Part shown: positions 35,793 to 49,564 of the stretch, one piece after another
Position numbering within the stretch: the first letter of the stretch is position 1
How the letters are laid out: each line of letters opens with the position of its first letter
Assembly (NCBI GenBank): GCA_049724395.1
Contig: JAUGWO010000127.1
Coordinates: 1-64,000, forward strand
Direction of reading: 5' to 3'
Origin: Spongospora subterranea f. sp. subterranea
Taxonomy: Eukaryota
Length of the DNA: 64,000 nucleotides
Notes under the pieces: model-generated
Database searches by the model: none
Seen by the model: the letters and a program-made list of their open reading frames with translations, nothing else
What the model was told of the DNA's origin: nothing
Position numbers and translations under genes: made by a program

Positions 35793-37183
35793 GGCCGGGA
35801 TCGATCTTCGGCCAGAAAATTGAAAGTGGATCGCTTTGGGGACCCCTTAACCAATGCTAGATTGATTAATGAGACACACGAAGGAACCCTGGCGACTGAT
35901 AATCACGGGAAATGAAATAAAGACCGAGGCGGAAAGTCTTTAAATGATATTGCGCGGCCTCCCACCACTGTCATGTCTTCCTCACCACCCAAGGAGTACT
36001 AGAGGGCACTCTCTCCTTCTCTCTGTGGCAGGCTAAATCAACATCCCCTGCGAATTCTTTTGCAAACTCATTCCTGACGATGATAAGACGGTTTTTTTCG
36101 GTAGTGTAGGTACTCGAAGCGGTATCCCCGCTGCAGGAATTGCCCAGACGGTACCTGTGAGTGACAGCGGCTTATCGAGTTTTGCAGGTGCGGAATAGAA
36201 CTCTATATCTATATGCCGAGGACGACCAATCACATTCACATAAAAGGCGACAGGTTGCTTGAAGATCACCCTTGTTCTAAAACAGCTGACTATTTTTTAT
36301 TAAATCCCAGCATTCTATTGAAAAAAAGTTGAGGAGTTGTAAGATTTTTTTTGCAGGAATCGATATATTGACTCCGCTGGCGCCGGCGTTGTGAGTGGCC
36401 AGCGACGTCGGCAAACCAACGTGGGATAGGAAACATGTGTGGCGATACTTGGTGTATTTAATATTAACGGTGCACTGATTCGAAGATGATACTCTGGTGC
36501 CGATCCAGTACAGTCGGTGTGTTGTGAACGGTGTAATGTTCGTGTAATCAATGTGTAACTGCAACGACGCAGTCCAGAAAAAGTCCGTTCAACGTTTGGT
36601 CTCGGGACTGAGTTGTAGGTCGGATCGGGAACAGGATCATTATCATTATTAACAGCGAACAACAACATTGCCGGTAGAGGAACTACCATGACCGGATCGC
36701 GATTGTGATCGTGCACATAGGCCCCGCTAGTACGAGCGGCTTCTGTTCCAGCTGCGGTCGTTGCCTGTCCGAAACGGAGCGATGCTCTTGTCTGCATCGA
36801 ATTCCCCTTATCTGGAATAAGACAGCAATGAAAACATCATTAAATGTTCCAGGGTGCATCGCATCGCATGAAGGTACCGAAATGTTCTGTTGACCCATCA
36901 TGCCCCTCCAGACTGGATGGGTTTGACAATTTTGAATGCAAAAACCACGTCGAACTTTGCAAATGGTCTCCGCCCTATGAAGGGTTTTTACGTTTTCAAT
37001 GACTCATGGTTTTCACCAGTTGAAAGTTCCGTTCGCCGTCGATGTGATTGACAATTTTTCTGACAACCTGCGAATGTACTGACGTTGATGGTATTGATAG
37101 GTCACAGTGATGTCTCTGCGAAAGCAGTCGGGTTTGCATCATATTCTAATTTACATTATTATTGGACCAGTTCACCAGGCAAT

Positions 37184-39616
37184 ATGAAGCTAAGTTCTAT
37201 CGTTGAAGGTGAAGAGCAATTGTCTGTGTGGTCCGGCTATTTTAATAAGACATTACATGAACGTCAAGATCAATTATCATTAGCATTCCCTCATATTGAT
37301 CCCGCTATTCTTGAAGGGGTATTCCATTTCAGTACAAGAATTCGTTACAAACTGACACTTTTCACTTCAGGGTGGATTATCCAATTCTGTTGCAGACGTC
37401 ATGGTTGAGAACTGTATCGGAACGCTAGGAATGCCAATGGGTGTTGCGCCGACCTTTTTTATCAACGGAGTTCATTATGTTGTACCCATGGCTGTCGAAG
37501 AACCATCTGTCATTGCTGCTGCATCAGGCGCTGCCAAACTCATTGCCGCTTCTGGCGGGTTTGTTTCCCAATCTACACCTAACGTAATGACTGGCCAGAT
37601 CCAAATCCTAGATATATCTGATGCAGAAGAGGCGTGTCGTTTGATCGTTGCACAGCGTCAAAGTTTAATCGACACCGCCAATACCTTTTGTGCGTCGATG
37701 CAAAAGCGCGGCGGTGGCGTCGTCAACCTTGAGCCTAGAGTTGTTGAACAAAGGAACCCCGAACGAAGGTGCCAAAAATTCATTGTCGTCCACATTTATA
37801 TGGATGTTTGCGAATCTATGGGTGCCAATGTTGTCAATACCGTTGCTGAAGGGCTGTCTCCTTCCCTAATCGCGCTGGTTGGCGGACGAGTTGGGCTTCG
37901 CATTCTCAGTAATCTGTGTTTGGAGCGTCGATCGAAGACTTCATTTCGTATCCCTTTCAGTCAACTGATGTGGAAGGGCACTGATGGAGCAGTTGTCGCC
38001 AATCGTATCGTTCTGAAGCTTACGAGTTTGCGGAGGCAGATCCATTCCGCGCATCGACTCATAACAAGGGAATTATGAATGGGATGGATGCAGTTGCACT
38101 GGCAACTGGACAAGACTGGCGAGCAATTGAGGCAGCTGGACATGCATATGCTTGTCGCAATGGCTACTACGGGTCAATTACGTCGTATGAGATCGATGGC
38201 GACTTCTTGGTCGGATCATTAGAGATGCCAATTGCTGTGGGCACGAAAGGTGGTGCTCTTCACACACACCCTGCATACAAGTTCACGCATGCGCTACTCG
38301 GCAATCCCTCGGCGCAAACGTTGGCCCAGATTATCCTCTCTGTCGGCTTAGCGCAGAATTTCGCCGCTCTTCGTGCATTAGCTATTGAAGGGATTCAAAA
38401 GGGACACATGAGCCTGCACGCCCGTAATATCGCTGTGGCAGCTGGTGTCTCGAGTGATCTTGTACCAGAGGTGGCCATGTACATGGTTGTCCGAGGCTCC
38501 GTTAACGTCGCCACGGCATGTGAATATCTCGAAGCGCATAAGCTCATGTCTGATTTATACGCTAAAGCTCCCTGTGCCATTCGTGAATCTATCCCCAGCA
38601 CATTTCACATCACGGTCTGCAATACCTCTGTCAACGGTAATGACCTTTCATTGAACGTGGCACTTCCTACGTTGGCGAATAATTCTCCGGTACACGTTGT
38701 TTTGAAGGAAGGTCATCCGAGTCACCCTCTGCAAGATGCCTTATTGGGCCCAAAAAAAGGAGTTGCCTGGCTGTCATCTGTTTACAGTAGCCTGGAACAG
38801 ACCGAGTTGATTCTGCTGGAACCACCTAGGTGGAATGTCAAACTGATCAAGAAACTCAAATTAGCCTGTGTTGCGTCCAATCTGATCGCGTACAATCTTA
38901 TGCGGACGTTTCCAAACCAGACTCGCAAATGCCTGAATTCAATTCTTCAAATCGGGAAATCTGATCCCCGGTTGGTAATCAAAGCAATGAATGATGCCCA
39001 TTACGATCCGGTTCTTGCTGTTGGCTTACCACTTCTCTACGCTCTCGCTCAGATGTTCGACTACAACGTAGAACAATTCGTACAGAAGAAATTACTGGCG
39101 CATTCGCTTCGTGCCGAGTTTCGTGATATGGTTACGTGCTTAGCTGACCATCCTTTAAAGGGTTGTGTTGCTGATCCATCTCTCTCTGACGATGAACTAT
39201 TGGCTGAACTAATGTCCAGTGGTCATTACAAGCGTTGGCCTGCCACTCTCTTTCTTTTGTGCGATTCTCTGTCAATCAACTTGTCAATGTTAACTGCTGA
39301 ACGTATTGATCATCTTCACCGATTGGGAAGTTACTTCTCGTTCGAAGCGATGTTTGCCCATGATTTCGCCAAGTATGATCGCGATCAAGCGGCTGGATCG
39401 GTTTGCAACATCTACAAGAGATTCCTCGACATTCGTCGCCTGGTCCATAGCTCCCTTACATTGAGGCGTTACTGGGATACAGCCAACGTGATTTGTGAGA
39501 GAGAGCGGGTATCGATCATGAAGATGCAGCATTCCGAGACGTTATTGGATGTTGAGCGGTTTCTTGAGACATCGCAGAAAGTTCGTGCCCATTATGGTGC
39601 CCCACCAACACGATAG
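37184..39616 (+). CDS. Class II HMG-CoA reductase with a ~360-aa C-terminal extension; apparent frameshift near 38012
   Basis: [61 protein letters not shown]; intron 37319-37370. Confidence 0.9.
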
Positions 39617-39711
39617 GTATCTAGTGATATTGATATTACATATTATTGTCGTATATTATATCAAATAAATTAACAATCAATTATTTAGTATCGATATTTG
39701 GCAAAAACGTA

Positions 39712-40725
39712 TCAACTTGTAATAGCGTAACCGCGAGTGGTAGAATCCTGCACATCCTGGACACAATTGGGACAAGTCCTCCTGATCTTGAGCCATTCGT
39801 CCATACATAACCGATGGAACTGGTGCTTACACGATCCAAGCAAGCGGATGTCTGCAGAATAAACACGGATTAGCGACCAGGGCAGGTTAGATCGAATTAT
39901 ATACCGTCGCCAACATGAATATCCGCTAAACAAATGGCGCAAGGAACAGGTCCCGAATGTAGCTGAAATTTATAAATGGGAACGCGATCTATTTCTTGAT
40001 CAGATAGACCCAATCTAGAGAATTCATTCCTTGTATTTTCCAAATTTATCCCTATTTCCAAGTACCGATTTGTAATGAAAGGCATTTCATGATGAAAATG
40101 CTGTCCAATTATGGTGACTATACTGTGAATTGCGACAATCCCTGCCGGATATCCACTTCCTGAACGTGATAGATAATCACGATGTGCCATGGAAAATAAA
40201 ACAGCAAAGAGGGTCACTTTTTGAGAAAACAAGCCGAGTCAGGATCTTTAACAACCATGCCATAATGCATTGAAGCTTACAATGAGCGAGTGAGTATACA
40301 ACCCATCCAATAAACCACGATTGAGAAGTGATGGAAGGAAGACATGAACCTCCAGATCTCCATAGCCAATGCAGACCGAGAGCTGACCAGATCCAGAGGA
40401 ATGGATATAAAACGGCAAATAAAAGAACAGCTAATGCATAGGCCCATTTCCTAAAAATACAAATGAACATTTTAGCTAGGCGTGTTCATAAAAAGAATAA
40501 TATTAGACCTAACCTGGACACAGAGTCAGAACAACATAACATATGTGTTAGTCGAAATGATAAAGACGACGACATATGGGTGATTAGCCACTTATCCATA
40601 GGATAGTAGCATGAGGAATAGAATTCCGAATACCTCGAGACCATCAAGGTCAATCCACCTAATCCGACGCACACGATGATTTCACGCCATACTATCATCA
40701 GATGGGAGGAGGAATCTAGAAACAC
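39712..40725 (-). CDS. Transmembrane RING-H2 E3 ubiquitin ligase, multi-exon (start uncertain)
   Basis: TM exons followed by CAICLAD...CKHQFHRLCMDEWL...CPNC. Confidence 0.8.
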
Positions 40726-40964
40726 TGACTGCTCAATATATCTGGCCCATCAGAGACATGAAAGGGCAATAAGATAAGGCAGATCCCAAAAAAGGTCATC
40801 GATGGGCCAATATCACAGACCCTTGCGAAAACCTTTCTGGAGGACATGATTGGGCAAAGGCAGATCCAAGGAAGGTAATTAACGAGTCAAAACATAAACG
40901 CTTTTCTAAGACTATCTTGCAGAAGGCCCGGATATGATGATCACTGATCTTTACTGATATACAT

Positions 40965-43672
40965 TTACAGATCGACGTATTTAGCTAGAGATGAGATCAT
41001 GAATAGCTTGCAGTCTAAAGCTTTTTCAGAATCATCGTCAAGATCAACAGGACCAGATTCAAGAGAACTCATCAACGCTTTGTACTTGTCCATGGCCTTG
41101 AATGTCCCATCCTTGTTTTTACGATATTTTTCAGTACCTGATTCTCCAGCCTGCTCTTCATGAAGTGCAAGAACAGCCCATGTCGTAAACTCTTCGCGGA
41201 TGAAGAGTGCTGACTTTTGTTCCGAATCGGTCATATTGGCTTGCCCCAGCAACTTGACTGCTTCTGCTGCATTCTCTTTGGGTCCCAACTTAGCGAATCG
41301 CCCCAGACGCTGACGAACTTTGTCATTACCACCTAATAAGTTTTGAGATATTCCATTCGCACTAGGAGACTGAGGAGAGGCGGATGATGATGAAGGCGTA
41401 GAGTGATTGGAAGAAGATGGAGCATTGGAAGGCAGGACATTACCAGTAGATGAACCGGAATTTAATTGTGATGATCCTTTGCTAGCCCCGTTGTCGCCAG
41501 AGGAACTTGAATTTGATGACGAATTACTAGCCCCATTGTCGCCCCCCGACTCCTTCTGTGAGGAAACGAAGGCGTCGATGTCAAGATCATCTCCTGCTAT
41601 CGACTTCAATTCGGTTTTCAACTTTTCAATATCTTTTTCCTTATCGTTGATCAACTCTGAGCTAGGATGCATTCCACGCTTGTCATTCTCAATTTCGGTG
41701 GACAACCTAGCGATATTGTCGGCGATTGTCTTCGAACTTGTCTGCTTATCAATACTTAAATCTTTAACGTCTCTTCGAGAGTATTGTTTCCCACTCGATG
41801 AAGTTGAGTTTGTCGCACCACTGGAACTATCCTTGGTCTTCTTGTACGTAGTAGAAAATGAGCTAATAAATTCCTCAACATCCAGATCATCGCCAGCGAT
41901 TGACTGTAATTCTTTTTTTGCGTCGCCAATCTCCTTGCGTTTTCTGTCAATTTTGACGGATGAGTCGGACTTCATATTGCCCATTTCTCCATCAATTTCA
42001 GTGGACAATTCAACAATTTTCTTGGCGATTGTCCCTGAGCGGGCTTGTTTACTGGAGTCAAGGTTTTTGACGTCTTTTCGAGAGTGTTTCGCGCTTGATG
42101 ACGATGCCAAGGAAACCTGATTATCGCCACTGGAAAAGGAGCTGATATATGCGTCAACATCAAGATCACCATGGCCAAGGACGCTCAGCTCGGATTTGCT
42201 CGCATCGATGACCTTCTTTTTCGATTTCGTGAGGTCGGAATCTCCATTACCTTGAGATATCTCCAATTTAACTTCATCGGACAATTTCGAAGCCTTTTCG
42301 CCGATGCTCTGAGCTTGAGTTTGATCATCTTTGGATAAATTTTTTACATCAATCTTTTTGCCTCCATTGCTCGACTTAGTAGAGCTCGCATCGGAACTTT
42401 GAGACTTCGTTGAACTTTGCGATGAAGACGACGCTTTACTAGCCAGACCGCCTGCACTCGAAGTTGACCTTGTGCCGCTATTGTCTGATCCAGAAATTAA
42501 TCCCTTGCTGTTGTCGCCACCGCCGGCCGATAATCCCTGGTCGCTATTGCTTGTCCCCGAAGATGATCCCTGGCCGGTTTTGCTTGTCCCAGAAGATGAT
42601 ACCTGGCCGCTATTGCTTGTCCCAGAAGGTGACCCCTTGATGCTGGCACCAGTGCCAGACGATGATCCCTTGCCAACTGAGACAGACGACGATCCACCAA
42701 CGCTCGAACTTTTGTCTTGCGTGATTCCACCGTCGAATCCTCCCCCACCATGGGTATCGCTGACGAATGAATCGACATTGAAGTCACTTCCAGCAATTTG
42801 TTTGATCTGTCCCTTGACACTAGTAAGCTCTGACATCTTCTTGTTGAAGTCGGGAGAGTTTCCTTTTCCTTGACTCTTCAGATCGTTACACTGCTTTTGA
42901 AGGGATGCACCCTGTTTTCCCAGCTCATTGCATTTAGCTTGATTAGATGATGACAGATTGCTGATGGAACTCTTGCCAGTAGCTGAACCTCCTGAGGAAC
43001 CTTTTGCACCACCGGAAGCAGGACCTCCAGATGAACCTTTAGGAGATCCACTACCGCCTCCTGGAGAAGGTTTACCTCCGCCACTGCCGCCTCCTTGAGA
43101 GGGTTTAGGAGCACCTCCACCAGCGCCACCTCCTTGTGAAGGTTTAGGAGCACCTCCACCAGCGCCACCTCCTTGTGAAGGTTTAGGAGCACCTCCACCA
43201 GCGCCACCTCCTTGTGAAGGTTTAGGAGCACCTCCACCACCGCCACCAGGAGCACCTCCGCCACCACCACCAGGGGAAGGCTTTGGAGCACCTCCACCAC
43301 CACCACCAGGAGCACCACCACCACCACCACCAGGAGCACCACCACCACCACCATGAGCACCGCCACCACCACCAGGAGCACCTCCACCACCACCACCACC
43401 AGACGGTTTCGGAGCACCACCGCCGCCACCTCCGCCACCGCCGCCGCCACCTCCGCCACCGCCGCCGCCGCCACCGCCGCCGCCTGAAGGTGATAAAAAC
43501 TGTTTGAGCTACACTATTCCGCAAGTGGACGCAAAGCAAAATTACTGTAGCTGGCTGTAAGTGGAATGAACGACCGACGAAGGCGCCCTTGAGATGCAGA
43601 TTCAGCATCAACGATAAGCACAATAACAGCAGCGAATAGGGTCAGCCTTATAGCAACGCCAATTAACGCCAT
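40965..43672 (-). CDS. Secreted Gly/Ser-rich protein with four ~65-75-aa helical repeats
   Basis: Signal peptide MALIGVAIRLTLFAAVIVLIVDA; intron ~43485-43545; long open frame to 40965. Confidence 0.8.
43070..43484 (-). repeat. Coding GGY low-complexity tract and 39-bp repeats (GGGAGGGAPKPSQ)
   Basis: Read directly. Confidence 0.9.
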
Positions 43673-44020
43673 GCTTTCAGCCTTATGGATCAAGATAGGC
43701 GATAAACAATTGGGACTTCCTTGATATTTTCAGAATGAAATCAGGCGTGACAATTGGAATCAGATGGCCAACCCGACACCATGTTGACTCATCATAGGAC
43801 GAACATGCAAGTTGAAGACCGGAACGTTCGTCACGCCATGTTTACCGAAAATTGAAGAAAAATGTAGGGATCCAGCAACGAGCGGATTAGAGTCACGACG
43901 TCTACTATCATTGACGACCTACAAATCGAAACATAAACGTAGCAGAACTGCATGAGTTATCCTCGGCATTTACAGCAAACTTCATTGCACTGGATGGTTG
44001 ACAGTTTCTCAGTTTAATTC

Positions 44021-45178
44021 TTATCGAAGTTGGTTAGGCCTGAAGGCGACTGCAGCAAACTTTGCGTATACACCAATCAAGAATCTTGGTGACGACAAGG
44101 CGACCACAACAGCGTAGTGCGCTTGTATCAAATGCCATTCTTCAAACTCATCAAACATCTCTAGTAATTCTATCCTCCTGACATCATCGCGATCTAGAAC
44201 AGTTTCCTGAATTTGGATCTGGACCTCAGAATCACCAATGGTTAATATTCTTGATAGTTACATATATTAAGTTCATGTCCAGCGCATGGGACAATGCCCA
44301 TCCACGAGAAAGAAATCGCTCTTCCTGTGAAACAAGTGTTGGATGGGAAGATATTGAGAGCAATGGGCAGCCTCGCTTCTTGAGATTGTCGCACATTGTT
44401 CTACCGAACGGGTCGTCTGGCAAAATTTGCTCATATATACAAAATGCACGGTCACCATCTGCAAACTGGGTTATTAAAGTAATGCTTGCAAAGTCATGAA
44501 TTATACCGAATGTATCAGACGTCCATTGTAAAAGAGCGTCGGCATAATCTGGTTGAACATAAATCAAAACGCATTCACTAAGGAACAATGTTGGTGAAGA
44601 GAAGTCTACAGCGGCAACTTCGAGGTTGGACTTGAGCGCCGCCAAATCACGAAAATCGACGTTGAGTAAGCAATACTCATTGCCAGATTTATAACTGCCG
44701 GGAAAGCCTTCAATATTTTCCAACGAAGCTGTTAATGCGTCAACCAAAATAGGAAGCTTGCGAATCAGATTTGCTTTGTGCTGAGTCACGGCCTTATAAT
44801 CGATTTCCACGTATAAATTTGGAGCAAGGTTCTCTTCTTTCATGGTGAAGAACAAGGTATCAAACCCTCCTGGAAGCCAGCGACAAGATCAACGAAGATT
44901 TTTTTCCTAACGGATTAACTACCTCCGAACGATATTATTTGACATCCCAAATTGTCGGACCGACATTTTCTGACGAAGTCCCTAGCAATATCGCGAATGA
45001 CAGCCACTCGCGTATAATAGCCGCGATTAATTAAAGGTGCCCTCTTAGTCGATCTCCTGACCATCGCTTGCACATAGGGATCGTGAAAGTAGGCTAATTT
45101 CGCAGCAGATGCCTTGCTACCCATGGCATCGTGAGCCGTGTCTTGAACGGCTTCATCAATACCAACAGAATGCATCAT
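44021..45178 (-). CDS. LCMT1: Leucine carboxyl methyltransferase, multi-exon
   Basis: PLINRGYYTR, FDTLFF, SECVLIY, YEQILPDDPFG, LEMFDEFEEW. Confidence 0.85.
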
Positions 45179-45689
45179 TCAATAATGTATATGACCCGAT
45201 GTTGCGGTTCTATGTAGGCTACGGTTACCGTGCGTGTGGTGGCCGTGCGCGAGCTCACTGTTGGCATGGGGTCGGTCAATCATCATCTCCCGTCATTGAT
45301 GTTACAACAGGTCACGTGTGTTTAAGATGAATTACGTTCACCAAATTTTTATCTTATGCCAACATACCATCATCCTTAGCTGCACAACACCAAGATATTC
45401 CACTTGCCGACTCCTCAAGGCATGGATGCGTTAGCATTGCCAGCACATGAGGTCGCATCAACTAGGAAACAGTTCGATCTGATTTATCTGCGTTTTTACC
45501 TCGCAAAATAAGGGCTTTGTGCACCAATGCCTCAAAATCAATAAAAAGGGTGAGCATGACGAAATACAACGTCAAATGCGATTTGGTAAGGACTCATTTC
45601 CGTCACTATACAACGCAGTTGACAAGTTTGCTTGTCGACCGTCGTAAATGGGATTTTATCTGCAGTCGCCGTTCATGTGAAATACGAAA

Positions 45690-46950
45690 TAGCAGCCTTG
45701 CAACTATTCAAGTGTGCCTGTGATCAAGTATAGACGGATTTGAAATTGTGCGGTTACTCCAATTGTTTTGTATTCCTTCTGCGTTGTTTTAAAATAATAT
45801 TGACTGCTTTTTTTGCGCGAACACTTGCTTTGAAGGACCTTTATTTAAATCTTGCCTTTTTGTCTTTTCGCAGTAACTTTTTCAAAAGGTCAGGAACACC
45901 TCCCATTGCGTCGTAACCTCTTCCGGAAGATCTGAAATTCCTCCCTTTGCGTTGTGACTAGTTTTGGCAATGATCTTGTATATCTTCCCCATTTCGCCGT
46001 CTCGATCTTGCAGACGGCTTTCTCAAGTGTATCGCAGACTCCTTGTAGTGGGATCGGACGACTGCTATCTCGCCAATCGTTTGCGAACTCAGCCACAATT
46101 GCGAGCAGGTCGTCTGGTAAATTTTCAATCATCTCTCGAATCAATGATAGCTCCCAAATCTGTTATGATTTGTATTTTTGACTGTTTACACGAATATCGG
46201 CCGACCCTGAGACACTTCAGATTGTCGGTCGACTTGAACGACATCGTGAGCTGATGTAACGGCCGAGTCGTCGTTTATCTGAAACAAGAAAAAGCAGCCT
46301 TGCAACTATTCAATTCTATGTTTAAACAGGTGCAGACGGTTGTGAAATTTGTGCAGTTACTCCATTTGTTTTGTATTCCTTCTGCGTTGTAACTTGTTTT
46401 GAAAGATGTTGAACTCCTTTCTTTGCGCTGTCACTTCTTATGAATGACCTTCAAATCCTGATCAAATCCTGCCTTTGCATTGTAACTTGTTTAACTGATG
46501 ATTTAACTCCTGACTTTGTGCCGTAACTTCTTTGAAAGATTAGGAAAACCCCTTTGCGCTGTATCACTTGAAACGAATTACAATGCAAAGGCAGGAGTTT
46601 ATCATCAGTTAAACCAAGTGACAATGCAAAGGCAGAAATTGCAGGTTTTTCAAAACAAGTGACAGCGCAAAGCCAGGAGTTCGACATCTTTTAAAACACG
46701 TTACAGCGCAGAAGGAATACAAAACAAATGGAGTAACCGCACAATTTCCAAACCGTCTATAACTTGTTCACAGATGCATACACGAATATTGGCCGACCCT
46801 GACACTTAAGATTGTCGGTCGACTTGCAACGACTTACTGAGCTGAAGCAATGCCCAAGTCGCCATTTTGTAAAGAATATAAGCAACAGCCTTGCATCTGT
46901 TCAAATTGCATTTGTGAACAAGTATAAACAGTAATTGTGCCGTTACTCCA
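45690..46950. repeat. Complex direct and inverted repeat cluster (foldback/MITE-like)
   Basis: ~150-bp module at 45692, 46294 and ~46886 (direct) and 46640-46775 (inverted); second module at 46186 and 46778. Confidence 0.75.
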
Positions 46951-47869
46951 CTTGAGGTTAACATTTCCTAAAGCACATTACAAATATCAAAATGGATAAA
47001 ACCGCAAAACCCGAAGCAAACTACAAGAAATAGCACACATAGCTGTCAGGCTTCGAAACCATGGAAATGCTGGAATTGACTGCGTCTGTAACATCTTTCA
47101 AACCGGATGGTCCGTATTACTGAAACACTGTCTTGATCAACTGCCACTACCAGAATATGAACATGCAATTCATTTTATCGTCTTGCACTTTTCAGAAGGT
47201 CTTTTCCTTTCGCCTTTTCAGTTGCTCCAAAATGACGCGTTCATTCATTGAAGTTTGCAGTTGTATAATTTGCTCCCGTCTTGTATTGTGAAAAAACAAT
47301 GCTATTTTTGACCACGGTCTTGCTGCGCGATTTCTCAGTGTTCGCTGCTCTATTTTGATGTTCGTTGCAATCAATCCTCATATCAAAACTGATCCCTCAG
47401 GCTGCAGCACTACCGGAAAAGGGATAAATCACATAAAAAGCGGCTATTCCCCCAAAGACTTGTGTCAGCGTGATGCAAAAATAGTTACATCGACTTTGAA
47501 TATTCAGTAAGGATCTCAACAGGACAATTTCAATTGATGTGCTCGCAGCTCAATTCAAAATCTGCGCTAACTTTATCAACTAACAAAAAAATTTGCTCTC
47601 TTTCATGACCAGATTCTTGTTTGATCGTTCTGTCAATCTGGCCAAATTCGCGCCCTCATATTGGTGAGCCGGGTAACCGCATTTCCCAGTGGGCATGCGG
47701 AATCGCGGCCAGTTGACCGGGATCCACTGAGGGTTACCTTTATTACCACACGCGGGCTGGCCTGCACAAACGGTCATCGGACAGCTTTATTGGTGAGTGC
47801 AGTTCAGCAATTATGGACCCAAACAGTGACTCGATCGTGCTACACTCGTCGCTGATAACTAGTGGTAAC

Positions 47870-49029
47870 CACACCAACACATGGCACTATAATACACCCG
47901 CGACACTCCTTTGAAATGAAAAAGCTCTTCGTAGCATTGCAAATGTTTTATTCTCGACGCAACATGACATGGAATGCAAACCTGAAATTCCGACAGCGTG
48001 TGCCGCACATTTTCTCCATTCTTGTCAGGCGCACCACTTTGCGGACACTGTTCGCTTTTTCTGACGTTGACTACGGTTTTCCTTTTCGGGCTTTTCGCCA
48101 GTCTCCTAACAGTACTGCCGCAATGTCCGTTATTACTCTTTTCTTGTGCGAATCAAAGTATTTGCTATCAATTCCCATGCACGCTTTTCCAACCATATTA
48201 TACGACCGATTCGCTTGTAACCCGTACGAGATAGTAGCATGAGCATTCCTAGCGCGTCGGTTAAACTCGAGCTTTGAGTCAAGTTCGGCAGCAAAGCAAA
48301 TGCTTTCTCTTTTGGCGTTACATACGAGTCGGCCGTATAATAATGTAGCTCGTCATTTGGGGTTGTGGCGCCTTCACCACTCGTATACTCGTATCGCCAA
48401 GCATTGATAAAAGTGCTGCAAGGTTCTCTGCACCGTGGAGATGACAGCTCGTCAACAAGCTTTGCCGCTGATTGCCCTTGTTCTTCTTACTCGTCAGCAC
48501 ATAGATCTTTTTTATTATGATAGATTTAACTGATTACACATGATTTGTTCGGGTTTGAGTGCGAAAACGGCTCCTTATCACTAATGCTGATTCCGCCATT
48601 CGTAGTTACGCTTTTGACTATTTGTTGAGACATTTCTTGTTCTTTCACCACGACGTCAGTACTTTGGGGTTCTTTTTCTGCAGATTGCGGGTGTCCTCCA
48701 GAGTTTCTAATATTTGCAGGATTTTCTGCTGATTGCTTGACATCGATGTTTTCTACCTTCACCTGCCCTACCAGCTCTTCTTTCAACGAGCATCGATGGT
48801 TTGTGAAGCCAGTTGTACTTGGCGTTATTGGTTGTAAGAACTCGCCTCCGAATTCGTAATCGTCCCATACCACCATTCCATTATTTTCTACTGCCAAAGC
48901 ACTTGTTACTCTGTTTGCGACGAAATTCGGGCTGATCAACTTACAGTGTGGCAAGGTTATTGTGTCAAAATCGAGGCGACATTGACGAATAGAAGGGAGA
49001 CAAGATGACTCGGAATCGGAATCAGACAT
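47870..49029 (-). CDS. Hypothetical protein, probably spliced
   Basis: 167-aa first ORF (MSDSDSESS) divergent from TAF6, followed by same-strand open segments; no recognised domain. Confidence 0.35.
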
Positions 49030-49564
49030 GTAAAATGCCGGGAAAGGTGTTGATGTGAAGTCGATAAAACTACAATTTATCGAAATGATCGGTGTTCTTT
49101 ATCCGTTCCGATCGAGCATGACCCGAATATCGTTACAGTCCTCTCTTGCTTCTTCGTACTGTACTGTTGTTACAAACCACACTAAGCGCTGGTTGATATA
49201 ATTTCCTATTATCAACTGGAGCTCTCGAAGAGCTTCTCTAGTATAGCAACAAAACGCTCAAGATAAAGCTGACTGCTGAACAGCGTCTAGGTAATCTCGT
49301 CACCAAATTTCGTTGAGCGGTGCGGAATGACTCCGAAATGGATCGTCAGACCCAAAAAATTGTCCCATTGTTTGACTAAATTGACGTCACATTCCCCGTC
49401 AAACACAGCAACTGTTGCCATTCGAGGTGCTCAGCACTGAGATTTAGATTTTAGACCGTTTGTGAGCTTGTGGACTGTATATACCAGAGTCCGATCATTC
49501 GTTTTGATTATTGCGTAACCTCCTTTCTAAGCGGATCTTTAACCTGCAGTCCACCTGGTCAGCA

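Noticed and set aside
36033..36901. Short ORFs between Nup96 and HMGR
   Set aside because: No domain or splice support that I could establish
43570..43590. RxLR effector motif
   Set aside because: The sequence is GRLRRS with no dEER; a dibasic processing site is simpler
42878..43623. Val-rich, Trp/Arg-rich and His-rich ORFs
   Set aside because: Alternative frames of the Gly-rich coding repeat
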